A model generated the notes under the pieces. That model was given only the letters and a program-made list of their open reading frames with translations, had not been told where the DNA came from and ran no database searches. A DNA stretch of 64,000 nt, taken from contig JBMFVV010000003.1 in assembly GCA_049965815.1 (NCBI GenBank), positions 19,846-83,845 on the forward strand, in the 5' to 3' direction. Shown here piece after piece: positions 1 to 9,641 of the stretch; positions within the stretch are counted from its first letter, which is position 1; each line of letters begins with the position of its first letter. Origin of the DNA: Thermoplasmata archaeon (GTDB taxonomy: Archaea > Thermoplasmatota > Thermoplasmata > Thermoplasmatales > GCA-001856825). Made by a program: the position numbers and the translations under genes.

Positions 1-220
1 AGCAGGGACAGCATGGACACAGAAGAACAATTCAAAGAGGGACTATCTACCGGCCGGAGCAACGGGGTTCGGTGTTCGACTACTTTATGAATTCCTAAAG
101 GAAGAATAAGCCAGTCCAGGGCAGTGTTCTCTCTTAAGAAAGAGATCACTCAATAGATCAAGCAACCTGAAACAGAACACTAGGTGCTTAGAAGTCTTCA
201 TCCCACCAAAAATACTGAAG

Positions 221-1546
221 TTGTTTTATATCATCCGTCCATTTATGTTCATGCAAGTGTCTTTTGATGACGACTTCGTGAAAGAGATAAGAAGGAGATT
301 TCCAAGGGCAGAGAGGGATTTTAACGGTAGGAAGAGGGTTTTTGTTGACAATGGAGCAGGTAGCCTTGTTCTAGGGGATGCAGCTAAGGCGGAAAGCAAT
401 AGCAGAATTGATTACAGTGCAAACACAGATGCGATTTACACTGAATCAAGGGCAAATGAACGCATATTATCGGACGGAAGAAGAGCAGTTGCAGATCTCC
501 TGAATGCCCCCAGTGAGGCTAACATCTACCAGGGAGAGTCTGCATCTGATTTATTCTTTAGAGTTTCGTATGCGTTGAGAGGAATTTTCAATAGAGACAG
601 CAACGTAGTTTCATCCTACGCCGAACATTTTGCAAACGTATCTCCGTATATGGAATTGAAAAACAACAATAAGATTTCTGAACTCAGGCTGGCAAACCTG
701 AATAAAGAGGATGGGACTGTGGACATAAACCACCTCTCATCTCTTGTCGACAAGAGAACAAAGATCATCGCAATCACGGCAGAGAGCAATCTTTTGGGAA
801 ATAAGGTCAATGTTGCGGACGTGTCAAAGATTGCAGAGGAAAATGATGCCATATTGGTCGTTGACGGAGTGCACTATGCCCCTCAAGGATACTCAGACAT
901 CAAACAGATGGGCTGTGACTTCTTCGTGTTTTCGGCGTACAAAATATTTGGTCCCCGTGGCAGTTTTATGTACATGAGCGACAGGGCACAGGACATCATA
1001 AAACCATTCTATGTGGACAGAGAGGCTGGACCTGGAGCAAGTTCCTATTTTGAAATTGGAACGAGAGACCAAGGTATATTTTCAGCAATGACCTCAGTTG
1101 TAAATTACATTTCTTCACTTTCACTAGACCTTAAACAGTTCAAGAGCAAGAAAACTCCAAAGAACAGAAGAAACGGCGTAAGGAAAGGGATGGAGAGAGT
1201 TGAGAGGTACCACAAAGAGCTTAGCAAGCTAATTTTGGATGGAACAGAAGAGGCTGAAGGAATTGGCTCCATGAAGAATGTTGTCCTTTATGGCATCACG
1301 GATTCAAAACGACTGAATGAGAGAGGCACAACTTTCTCGTTCAATTTTAAGAATGTTAGCGACAAGAAGGCCGAGGATATTTACTGGAAAAAATTCGGAA
1401 TTACTGCTGTGGGCGGAAGCCACTGGAATATTTCACACGATTATTACTCAAACCCTTCGATGCTTAGGGTGACTTTCCTGCATTATAATTCAGTAGAAGA
1501 GGTCAAACTGTTTCTCAAGGCTACAAAATGGATTTCATCTATATAG
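221..1546 (+). CDS. Class V aminotransferase-fold PLP enzyme (cysteine desulfurase / SufS-CsdA-like)
   Basis: 441-aa ORF. 'VVDGVHYAPQG...DFFVFSAYKIFGPRG' fits the class V fold, with the PLP lysine in an S-x-x-K-x-x-GP context (family signature recalled from memory). The ORF starts at TTG 221; in-frame ATGs at 245 and 251 are equally plausible starts. Confidence 0.7.
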   Translation: MFYIIRPFMFMQVSFDDDFVKEIRRRFPRAERDFNGRKRVFVDNGAGSLVLGDAAKAESNSRIDYSANTDAIYTESRANERILSDGRRAVADLLNAPSEANIYQGESASDLFFRVSYALRGIFNRDSNVVSSYAEHFANVSPYMELKNNNKISELRLANLNKEDGTVDINHLSSLVDKRTKIIAITAESNLLGNKVNVADVSKIAEENDAILVVDGVHYAPQGYSDIKQMGCDFFVFSAYKIFGPRGSFMYMSDRAQDIIKPFYVDREAGPGASSYFEIGTRDQGIFSAMTSVVNYISSLSLDLKQFKSKKTPKNRRNGVRKGMERVERYHKELSKLILDGTEEAEGIGSMKNVVLYGITDSKRLNERGTTFSFNFKNVSDKKAEDIYWKKFGITAVGGSHWNISHDYYSNPSMLRVTFLHYNSVEEVKLFLKATKWISSI

Positions 1547-1816
1547 ATCAACGGCAGAATTTAATGTTCAAAGCTAACAGACAATATAGATTCCATACAA
1601 TCTTTCCTGCGAGAGTATTAGCGGGTATCGCTTTGCGCAACTTTTCATAAGTTTATCTTCCTTCTCTTTAGGGTCTGAATAATATGTTACGGAGTTGTTA
1701 ATTACCTCTTGATTACTCCACGATCAACCGCCTACCGGTTCCACTTTCTTCAAGATTTTACTTTTCCAGACATGAGAATGCATCTCCATGGAAAATGACT
1801 TAACCTAATTTGATTA

Positions 1817-3832
1817 TTGACAAATATGGAGATAGAGGACATAAGGGGAAGAATCAAAAGAATCAGTGATAATGAAAAGCCTGAATATCCAAAGTTTTCA
1901 GTAAGCTACATGGATACGAGGGAGGACCCAGTATCTAATTTCTATCGCTACAGCAACGGCAACTGGATTGCAACTCACCCGATACCAGATGACAAGATAC
2001 GCTGGGGGGCCTTTATGGAAATTGCAGAAAGAAACAGGTACGTGCTGGGTAAGATATTGGAGGAATGCGCATTCAGTGAACAATGGAATGATAAGACCAT
2101 TCAACAGTTGGGTTCCTTCTATCTATCTGCAATGGACACCAAAACGATTGATGAACTAAAGTTTGAACCGATAAAGAAACTGGCAGAAAAGATAAATGCG
2201 ATCAAAAACAGGGATGAACTTGTCTCTTTGATATCAGAACTTCACAGGTATGATCTGCAAGCAATGTTTTCATTTTCTTCTGACTCAGATGAAAGGAATA
2301 GCTCAATATATGCATATTACCTTGAACAGGGCGGGCTTTCCCTCCCCAACAGGGACTATTATCTCCTGGACTCTTTTGAAAATATAAGGGTTCAATACAA
2401 GAAGCATATCGCCAATCTGTTCACCCTCTACGGACAGACCCCGGAGGAAGCTGAGCGATCTTCCGAAACCGTCTTCAAGATTGAACTTCAGATGGCAAAG
2501 TCAAGCAGAACGCCCGTAGAATTAAGGGACCCAGAGAGGAACTACAACAAATTCATGTTCGAAGACCTTGATCAAGCTATCCCATCTATCAATACCAAAA
2601 AGTATCTTTCAGAAATTGGTCTTCCTGAAGTGGAACATATTGTCATAAGACAGCCAGAGTTCTTTAAAAGTCTAGGAAATATGGTGGACTCTATTCCAAT
2701 ATCAGAGTGGAAAATATACCTAACCTGGAACCTTCTCCACTTTGCATCTCCTTTTCTCCACGAAGAAGTGAGGAATGAGTACTTCGATTTTTATGAGAAG
2801 AAACTGCTTGGCCGTCAAAAACCCGAAGAGAGATGGAAACAGGTAGTGCAGCTGATAGATGGACAGATGGGTGAAGCTCTCGGTAAGCTATACGTACAGA
2901 GAGAATTCACAGCTGAATCTAAACGTAAGATGGAAGAAATGGTGTCTGATCTCAAGGAAGCATTCAGGGAAAAACTTGCAAAACTGGATTGGATGTCGGA
3001 AGAGACTAAAAAGACAGCTCTTGAAAAATTCTCCAGGTTCAATGCAAAGATAGGCTACCCGAACAGATTCATTGACTATTCCTCAATAGAAGTATCGCCA
3101 AGTGATTTCTTCGGGAATGTCTTAAGAACCAATGAATTTGAAATCAATAGGAGGATAAAGAGAGTAAACACCCCAGTTGACAGGGAACTTTGGGAAATGT
3201 CCCCGCCCACTGTGAATGCGTATTTCTCCCCGACAAAGAATGAGATTGTGTTTCCAGCTGGTATTCTCCAGCCCCCATTCTTTGATCCTGAAATGGATGA
3301 CGCCGTTAATTATGGTGCGACGGGAGGGATAATAGCACATGAAATGACTCACGGTTTTGATGATGAAGGTAGAAAATACGACAAGGATGGTAACCTTAGG
3401 GACTGGTGGTTGAAGGTTGATGCTGATGAATTTGAGAAGAGAGCAAAAAGCATAGTAAATCTCTATGGGCAGCTCGAGGCGCTTCCTGGACTTCACGTCA
3501 ACGGAGAGCTAACACTTGGCGAAAACATAGCAGACATGGGAGGAGTGAGCATTGCATATGAAGCGCTCCAGAGAAAACTGGCTAGGAATCCTAGTTTAAG
3601 AAAAAATATAGATAGCCTGACTCCAGAACAAAGATTCTATATCAGCTGGTCACAAAGCTGGAGGGCAAATGTAAGGGAAGAAGCTGTAAAATGGCAAGTA
3701 TCCAACGATCCACATTCGCCCGACCGTTTCAGGGGGGAGATACCAGCGGTGGTCCACCTGAAATTCCACGAACACTTCAGCAGCCCTAATCCAGAAAGCA
3801 ATAGGATTCAGGATGTAATCACGATATGGTGA
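1817..3832 (+). CDS. M13 family zinc metallopeptidase (neprilysin / PepO-like endopeptidase)
   Basis: 671-aa ORF with the HExxH zinc site 'IIAHEMTHGFDDEGRKYD' and the downstream 'GENIADMGG' (ENxAD third-ligand motif) typical of M13. No N-terminal TM or signal segment is visible. The first ATG is at 1826; the ORF track starts at TTG 1817. Confidence 0.85.
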   Translation: MTNMEIEDIRGRIKRISDNEKPEYPKFSVSYMDTREDPVSNFYRYSNGNWIATHPIPDDKIRWGAFMEIAERNRYVLGKILEECAFSEQWNDKTIQQLGSFYLSAMDTKTIDELKFEPIKKLAEKINAIKNRDELVSLISELHRYDLQAMFSFSSDSDERNSSIYAYYLEQGGLSLPNRDYYLLDSFENIRVQYKKHIANLFTLYGQTPEEAERSSETVFKIELQMAKSSRTPVELRDPERNYNKFMFEDLDQAIPSINTKKYLSEIGLPEVEHIVIRQPEFFKSLGNMVDSIPISEWKIYLTWNLLHFASPFLHEEVRNEYFDFYEKKLLGRQKPEERWKQVVQLIDGQMGEALGKLYVQREFTAESKRKMEEMVSDLKEAFREKLAKLDWMSEETKKTALEKFSRFNAKIGYPNRFIDYSSIEVSPSDFFGNVLRTNEFEINRRIKRVNTPVDRELWEMSPPTVNAYFSPTKNEIVFPAGILQPPFFDPEMDDAVNYGATGGIIAHEMTHGFDDEGRKYDKDGNLRDWWLKVDADEFEKRAKSIVNLYGQLEALPGLHVNGELTLGENIADMGGVSIAYEALQRKLARNPSLRKNIDSLTPEQRFYISWSQSWRANVREEAVKWQVSNDPHSPDRFRGEIPAVVHLKFHEHFSSPNPESNRIQDVITIW

Positions 3833-3840
3833 TTTCAACA

Positions 3841-3860
3841 TTTTCTTCCTTTTTAATTTT
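3841..3860 (+). terminator. Oligo-T tract downstream of the M13 peptidase gene (candidate archaeal terminator)
   Basis: 'ttttcttcctttttaatttt' lies 9 nt after the stop codon, in a convergent intergenic region. Archaeal RNAP terminates at oligo-T runs (established knowledge). Confidence 0.3.
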
Positions 3861-4034
3861 AACGAAAATGTAAGCGATGAAACCAATGAATCGTATAATC
3901 TAGCTTATACCGCTTTACTTTTTACTCAAATAGTTTATAGATGGTCTCTAGCTGTAGATTGGAGTTAATAAATAACAGAAAATTTTCAAATTCTGAAGAG
4001 CATACCTTTCTTCACTTGTTTTTGGAAGGTGCGT

Positions 4035-5045
4035 TTACAACACCCTGTCTCTCTTCTGCTGGTCTTCTGCCCTCTGATCGTACGGATAAGTTACGTCAAG
4101 TGCACTTGCAATGTTTAGAATGTCCATCTGTTTGTTCGTCAATTTCCACTCAGTCGCTCTAATATTTTCGACAAGCTGCTTCTCATTCCTTGCACCTATA
4201 ATTGGTGACGTGACATTCTTGTTGTTAAGAAGCCAATTAAGAGCTATTTCCCCGTTTAATTTCCCGGTTTCCTTTGCAACTTCCTTTAGCGCTTGAATGA
4301 TACGCTTTGCCCTGTCGCTCTCCAATTTCTCATAGTATTCTTTATTCTGTGATTCTCCTATTCTGGTTTCCTTAGGTGCGGATGCAATGCCAGATTCATA
4401 TTTACCCGTAAGGAACCCTCCTGCAAGGGGACTCCATGGCAGAACAGCCAGATTATTGTATGAAGCAACAGGTAAGATTTCAAATTCTGTTGCCCTCGTT
4501 ATAAGATTGTACTGTGGTTGTATGCTCACTGGCTTTTCCCAACCCCTTTCCTCACAGATGTCTATCGCCCTCTGAAGTTGCCATCCTCTGAAGTTGCTTA
4601 TGCCCACATACCTTATCAATCCCTCTTCAACTAGGTGATTCATTGTGCTCATTGTCTCCTCCAATGGAGTTAACGGATCCCAAGCATGAAGCTGCAGTAT
4701 ATCCAGATAATCCAGGCCGAGCCTCCTTAGACTCTCTTTTACTGAATGAATGATGTGTTTTCTCGAAAGGCCAACGGAATTGATGCCTTTTCCAGTCCTG
4801 AACCTGACCTTGGTCGCAACAACAAAATCTTCCCTCTCTCTTCCCTTCATCCATTTCCCAACTATCTCCTCGGACTTTCCATCGGAATAGACATTTGCAG
4901 TGTCAATAAAGTTTCCTCCGTACTCATAGAATTTATTCATCACTTTATTACTAGTCTCCTCGTCCGAGTGCCATCCAAATGTCATAGTTCCAAGACATAG
5001 TTCACTAACCAGAAGGCCTGACCACCCAAGATTCTTGTATTTCAT
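4035..5045 (-). CDS. Aldo/keto reductase family oxidoreductase
   Basis: 336 aa. The N-terminus 'MKYKNLGWSGLLVSELCLGTMTFG', 'IDTANVYSDGKSEEIVG' and 'LDILQLHAWD' are classic AKR (Tas/YajO-like) segments. Its start overlaps the stop of the upstream MFS gene by 4 nt. Confidence 0.85.
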   Translation of the reverse strand: MKYKNLGWSGLLVSELCLGTMTFGWHSDEETSNKVMNKFYEYGGNFIDTANVYSDGKSEEIVGKWMKGREREDFVVATKVRFRTGKGINSVGLSRKHIIHSVKESLRRLGLDYLDILQLHAWDPLTPLEETMSTMNHLVEEGLIRYVGISNFRGWQLQRAIDICEERGWEKPVSIQPQYNLITRATEFEILPVASYNNLAVLPWSPLAGGFLTGKYESGIASAPKETRIGESQNKEYYEKLESDRAKRIIQALKEVAKETGKLNGEIALNWLLNNKNVTSPIIGARNEKQLVENIRATEWKLTNKQMDILNIASALDVTYPYDQRAEDQQKRDRVL

Positions 5046-6466
5046 GAAGTTTTATGGAAAGAATGGATAAGAACGTTTCCTGTTTTATCTCTCATCATCG
5101 ATGAAACGGCCCCTGCAAAGCTGATGATCGAGGATAGAAGCATCACTTGCTTAAACCCAGTTACGAAGTCGTAGAAATAAAGTTGCCCGATCGAAACGTA
5201 CAATCCAGAAAAAATACCCACCATCACGTTCCTCGGAATTTCAAGGGAGAAGAGATAGGTGGCAACTATGATGCTGGCAAGTTGCCCGATGAATCTCATT
5301 GTCCCAAGAAAACCGGATGCAAATCCAGAATATTCCATTTTAATGGAGCCCATTACTGAATTGGTATTTGGAGCAGAAAAGAGGCCAAACCCTGCCCCTA
5401 GAAATGCAAGGATTAATAAGATCTCTCTGACGGATGGCTGACCCAGGACAAAGAAGATCAAAAATGAAAGGCCGATTATGACCATTCCGGTTGATGCAAT
5501 CTTCCTCGAACCTATCCTGTCAGAGAGTCTCCCTGCAATGGGAGACATTAGAACCATTAGAACAGGTTCAGGGAGTATGTAGAGACCCGATAGAAACGGG
5601 GATATGTGAAGCGTAACCTGAAGGTATATGGAGAAGACAAAAACGATAGAGAACGTTCCAAGATAATTGAGCAAGGCTGCCAAGTTAGATGCAACGAACG
5701 TCCTTCTCAGCTTCATCATCTTCATGGAAATAAGTGGTGTTCTGGACCTTCTCTCTTCCAGTAAGAAGAGAATAATTGACACTATGAAGAGAAGCAAAAG
5801 CGGCAATAACCTCACAAATCCATAAATGTAGCCGAGTGAAAGGTACAAGGAGATTGAGACCAGAAGAATTGCAAAGAGCAGTGATCCGTAGAGCTTCATC
5901 CCCTTTCCGCCTTTCAACTCAGTTCGAAGCGTGACAAAAGATAGCAAAAAACCCACTAGTGCAATTGGAAGTACAATAAGGAATAGTAGCCTCCAGTTTG
6001 AAAATTCTACTACTAAGCCACTGATGAATGGCGCAATGGTAAGGCCAAGATATACTGACATTGCATTAATTCCGAGTGCGAAGCCTCTCCCATCCTTGAA
6101 AATAGTGCTGACAATTGCAGTTGAGTTGGCGCTCATTATTGACGCTCCAAGACCTAAAGTGAATAATGATGCGACAAGTATCTGAAAATTCGGAGAAAGT
6201 AGTGCAACTATGGACCCTAATGAGAACACTATGAGCCCTATCCTAAACAGCAATATTCTTCCGAGCTGATCAGACAGCCTCCCAAATAGCAAAATGAAGG
6301 AGGCCAGAGGTATGAGTATCACCAAGGGTAGCAGTGCGGCCTGGTAAAATGTTAGATCCATTTCCTGACCGATCTTGGGGACAACGAATGAAATAGAGCT
6401 TGAAATGAATGGGGTGAGGAAAGCAGCAAGAGACGTTGTTACTAAGATCAGGGCCCCCCTTCTCAT
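5042..6466 (-). CDS. MFS transporter, DHA2 (EmrB/QacA-like, 14-TMS) type
   Basis: 474 aa and almost entirely hydrophobic helices. The 'GRLSDQLGRILLFRIG' loop between TM2 and TM3 resembles MFS motif A. About 14 predicted TM segments by eye. Confidence 0.8.
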   Translation of the reverse strand: MRRGALILVTTSLAAFLTPFISSSISFVVPKIGQEMDLTFYQAALLPLVILIPLASFILLFGRLSDQLGRILLFRIGLIVFSLGSIVALLSPNFQILVASLFTLGLGASIMSANSTAIVSTIFKDGRGFALGINAMSVYLGLTIAPFISGLVVEFSNWRLLFLIVLPIALVGFLLSFVTLRTELKGGKGMKLYGSLLFAILLVSISLYLSLGYIYGFVRLLPLLLLFIVSIILFLLEERRSRTPLISMKMMKLRRTFVASNLAALLNYLGTFSIVFVFSIYLQVTLHISPFLSGLYILPEPVLMVLMSPIAGRLSDRIGSRKIASTGMVIIGLSFLIFFVLGQPSVREILLILAFLGAGFGLFSAPNTNSVMGSIKMEYSGFASGFLGTMRFIGQLASIIVATYLFSLEIPRNVMVGIFSGLYVSIGQLYFYDFVTGFKQVMLLSSIISFAGAVSSMMRDKTGNVLIHSFHKTS

Positions 6467-6629
6467 GATCTAGAAGGAATTTAAAAGATAAGGATTTTTA
6501 CAAAGAGATTGTAATTCAAAATCGTAGCCGAATCATCGCGGATGCAACTCGGATATTACTAAACCGCGAATATTAAGGATGTCGTATCACTCTCTATAGA
6601 CCGTTGAATTCCTGAGCCTGGAAAGCCAA

Positions 6630-6704
6630 CGGGCCCGCGGGGATTTGAACCCCGGATCATTGGCTTAGAAGGCCAATGCCTTATCCAGACTAGGCCACGG
6701 GCCC
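6630..6704 (-). tRNA. tRNA-Arg (anticodon UCU)
   Basis: The reverse complement folds as a cloverleaf by hand. Acceptor GGGCCCG/CGGGCCC; D stem GCCT/AGGC with G18G19; anticodon stem TTGGC/GCCAA with loop CTTCTAA (UCU); T arm CGGGG-TTCAAAT-CCCCG. No intron and no encoded CCA. Confidence 0.92.
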
Positions 6705-6829
6705 AAGACAGATTCCAATGGCAATCACCAAGGCATTATTATTTTTTCTCAATGATTGAAGCTTTGATTAGTTCAACATCACACATTTTTCTATAGTTTC
6801 CTTTTTAATCTTTGTCGCATACCGGTCTG

Positions 6830-7420
6830 ATGGCATCCAGTCTGATGATAGCAGTGGCACGTCACGGACAAACTGACTCGAACGTTAGGGGGCTATGGGT
6901 TGGCAGCGGTGACGACCCTCTTAACGAAATGGGAAGAAAACAGGCAGAAGACTTGGCAAAATCACTTTCAGATTTCAAATTCGATTTCGTTATATCAAGC
7001 GACAAGAAACGGGCAGTTGAGACTGCTCTGATAGTTTCAAGAATACTAGACATACCTGTCTTCGGGCATCATTCAACGCTAAGGGACAGGGAGTATGGCG
7101 AGCTTGAGGGCCTCACAACCGACCAGATTCGGGAAAGATATGGGGTAGAGATGAAATCCCTCTCAAGGGAGATTGACGATTTGGGATCTGCAGAACCCGT
7201 CAATTCAGTAATGAAGAGAGTGAGGGATTTTGTGAACACTGCAATGGATGCCTTCAACGGGAAGAAATTTATTGTGATTACTCACGGTGCATTCATCAGG
7301 TCATTTTACGAAATGTACGTGGGAAATTCTGAAGGCATCAGGTTCACGAACTGTTCAAACTTCATTGTGAAGTTTTCCGAAGATGGACCCGAGGTTGTAA
7401 GGGACATAATGACTATTTAG
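6830..7420 (+). CDS. Histidine phosphatase superfamily protein (phosphoglycerate mutase / alpha-ribazole phosphatase-like)
   Basis: N-terminal 'IAVARHGQTDSN' is the RHG catalytic motif, followed by 'VISSDKKRAVETA' and 'VITHGAFIRSF' (second His). The ORF opens at TTG 6812; ATGs at 6830 and 6845 are both upstream of the RHG motif. Confidence 0.8.
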   Translation: MASSLMIAVARHGQTDSNVRGLWVGSGDDPLNEMGRKQAEDLAKSLSDFKFDFVISSDKKRAVETALIVSRILDIPVFGHHSTLRDREYGELEGLTTDQIRERYGVEMKSLSREIDDLGSAEPVNSVMKRVRDFVNTAMDAFNGKKFIVITHGAFIRSFYEMYVGNSEGIRFTNCSNFIVKFSEDGPEVVRDIMTI

Positions 7421-7449
7421 CGTTGATTAAGCGGCACCGTTAGTGAATC

Positions 7450-7457
7450 ATAAATAC
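7450..7457 (+). promoter_or_regulatory. TATA-like box upstream of the RNase P RNA gene
   Basis: 'ataaatac' is centred about 23 nt upstream of the proposed 5' end of the P1 helix (7476). The spacing is compatible with archaeal TATA boxes. Confidence 0.3.
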
Positions 7458-7475
7458 TGAAAGCATATTGAGAAA

Positions 7476-7772
7476 GGGTAGTCCCAGGATGGCCATCGCC
7501 AGAAATGGTGAGGAAAGTCCTCCCTCCAGGTAGCAATCTGGATAAAACCCTGGTCGAGAGACCTGCTTCTCCTCAAAAGAAATGACACAGTTTCGGTAAA
7601 GGGTGAACCTTCTGAAGGGGACGTTCCCGAAAATATGATGAGACAGAGGGGAAGGGATGGGAGCAAACTCAAGCGGTTCCTATGACAGCTATCAGAGGAA
7701 CGGGTAGAGCGCACTAGTCAAATGCCATCAACCCGAAAGGGCTAACAGAAGGAGGCTTACTCGGGACAACCC
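7476..7772 (+). ncRNA. rnpB: RNase P RNA (archaeal type A)
   Basis: Universal CR-I 'GAGGAAAGTCC' is at 7510-7520 and CR-V 'ACAGAAGGAGGCTTAC' at 7745-7760. The P4 strands covary: AAGTCCTCC pairs with GGAGGCTT with the usual single bulge. The terminal helix P1, GGGTAGTCCC (7476-7485), pairs with GGGACAACCC (7763-7772). The length of about 297 nt fits. Confidence 0.9.
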
Positions 7773-7845
7773 AACTTTAAAATCGATATATGTAATTTTG
7801 AGTTTTTTACGGAAGTTTTATTATTTCTCTTATCATAAATGTGTA

Positions 7846-8331
7846 ATGGAAGACGAAGTCCCTAATAGAACTGAGGCACTCTTGATTGCTACAGTTAACC
7901 CCTTGGCTAAGAACGAAATTTCTGCAGCACTTGCCATTGATCCTAAGGATGTCGCAAGATCACTGCGCCTCCTCAAGAAGAGGTATGAAAATACTGCCCT
8001 GGAACTGAAAGTTATAGGAAGAAAATACAAGGTTGGAGTGCGCGACAAATATAGCGAAGTTGCATTCAAGTATTCGGAAAGCGAGATGAACAAGGGAGAA
8101 CTGGAGATCATCGGCCTTCTTTTCAGGAAGGGAAAGACTTACATTTCCCACATTGAAAGGCTCAGGGGCAAGAGAGCGGAGGAAGAACTTGAACATCTGA
8201 GCAAGTTGAATCTTGTTGAAATAATACCAAGAGGAAGGAGAAGAATTGTGAAGCTAACGAGGAATTTCTTTACAAAGTATGGGAAGGAACTTAAGGAAAG
8301 AGTGAGACAGGAAGAGAAGGTGACTGATTGA
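7846..8331 (+). CDS. scpB: ScpB-like segregation and condensation protein B (tandem winged helix)
   Basis: 'EALLIATVNPLAKNEISAALAIDPKDVARSLRLLKKRYEN...LELKVIGRKYKV' and a second wH 'GELEIIGLLF...ISHIERLRGKRAEEELEHLSKLNLVEI' follow the ScpB pattern recalled from bacterial and archaeal homologs. I took the start at ATG 7846, because the ORF-track start (7798) lies in the AT-rich promoter region just after rnpB. Confidence 0.6.
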   Translation: MEDEVPNRTEALLIATVNPLAKNEISAALAIDPKDVARSLRLLKKRYENTALELKVIGRKYKVGVRDKYSEVAFKYSESEMNKGELEIIGLLFRKGKTYISHIERLRGKRAEEELEHLSKLNLVEIIPRGRRRIVKLTRNFFTKYGKELKERVRQEEKVTD

Positions 8332-9641
8332 GGGCACTGCTAATAGGCGGAGGCGGTAGGGAACACGCAATAGGGCTCTCCATTGTCAAGTCAGGGACAG
8401 AGCTTGTAGTCATTTCACCTAACGAGAACCCTGGTCTGATGAGGATTGCGAAAAAGGTAATCGTAGGGGACGAAAATAATGGGAAATGGGTATTGCGGAA
8501 TGCAACCAAAATCAATCCAGATTATGTGTTCATTGGGCCAGAAGCGCCAATAGCACATGGAGTTTCTGACACTCTAATAGATAACGGTTTCAAGGTGTTT
8601 GCTCCGTCTTCTGAGGCTGCTAAATTGGAGACATCAAAGGCATTCTGCAGACAGTTCATGTCTGATAATCACGTTAAAGGCAATATAGAAAGCACGCCAT
8701 TCCTCGATTCTGAAAAGGCAGAGCGATTCATCAAAAGCATAGATTATGATTTTGTCATAAAGCCAGACGGACTCACAGGTGGCAAGGGAGTGGTGGTCCA
8801 GGGCGTGCATTTCGAATCAAAGGAAGAGGGCATCAAGATTGCTAAAGGATATCTTGCTTCTGGGAAGGGAGAATTGCTGGTAGAGAGGAAAATGATTGGT
8901 GAGGAATTCAGCCTCCAGGGGTTCGTTAAAGGGTCGAATATTTCATTTCTTCCAATCGTTCAGGACTACAAGAGGGCATTTGAAGGGGACAAGGGCCCAA
9001 ACACAGGGGGAATGGGGTCGATATGCTTCTCTGAAAGGGGTCTCCCATTTATATCTCGGGAAACACTCGATGACGCAAAGGAAATACTCGAGGACCTGGT
9101 AAGGAAGTTCAATAGAAAAGTTACGACCTATGTCGGCCCAATATATGGAGGTTTCATAGCCACTCCAGAAGGCCCAAAACTGCTTGAAATCAACGCGAGG
9201 CTGGGTGACCCAGAGGCAATGAACGTACTGTCCCTGATGGAAGATTCTATAATGGACGTTGCTGTACGAATGCTTAACGGTGAGGGTATTCAACCAGAAT
9301 TCAGGGACAGGATAAATGTCATCAGGTATGCAGTTCCAAAGGGATATGGAATCAAGCCCATCCCATCGACCTTAGAAATTGACGAGGAAGAGATGTTAAT
9401 CAAGGGGCTGAAGATATTCTATGCTTCTGTGAATATTGACGGCAAAAAGATAAGTCAGACAACTTCAAGATCAGTTGCCTTGATGTCGGAAGGGACAAAT
9501 CTTAGAGATATAAGCAACAGATTCTCTGGCATTTCGTCCCTGCTTAGGGGGGAATATGAGATGAGAAACGACATTGGGACAACAAAGTCTATTGAAAAGA
9601 AAAAGAGGGCAATGAGGGCTATAATGAGTCAAAGAGCTTGA
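8328..9641 (+). CDS. purD: Phosphoribosylamine--glycine ligase
   Basis: N-terminus 'MRALLIGGGGREHAIG' is the hallmark PurD motif. An ATP-grasp body follows ('VIKPDGLTGGKGV', 'EEFSLQGF', 'LLEINARLGDPE'). The TTG start overlaps the scpB stop. Confidence 0.93.
   Translation: MRALLIGGGGREHAIGLSIVKSGTELVVISPNENPGLMRIAKKVIVGDENNGKWVLRNATKINPDYVFIGPEAPIAHGVSDTLIDNGFKVFAPSSEAAKLETSKAFCRQFMSDNHVKGNIESTPFLDSEKAERFIKSIDYDFVIKPDGLTGGKGVVVQGVHFESKEEGIKIAKGYLASGKGELLVERKMIGEEFSLQGFVKGSNISFLPIVQDYKRAFEGDKGPNTGGMGSICFSERGLPFISRETLDDAKEILEDLVRKFNRKVTTYVGPIYGGFIATPEGPKLLEINARLGDPEAMNVLSLMEDSIMDVAVRMLNGEGIQPEFRDRINVIRYAVPKGYGIKPIPSTLEIDEEEMLIKGLKIFYASVNIDGKKISQTTSRSVALMSEGTNLRDISNRFSGISSLLRGEYEMRNDIGTTKSIEKKKRAMRAIMSQRA

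Noticed and set aside
1-90. Open frame running off the left edge (…SRDSMDTEEQFKEGLSTGRSNGVRCSTTL*)
   Set aside because: It is too short and has no motif, so I cannot tell whether it is the 3' end of a gene.
7448-7714. 88-aa ORF on the minus strand from the ORF track
   Set aside because: It lies entirely inside and antisense to a region carrying the universal RNase P RNA motifs and helices. The Ser/Leu/Arg-rich translation looks like a non-coding artefact.
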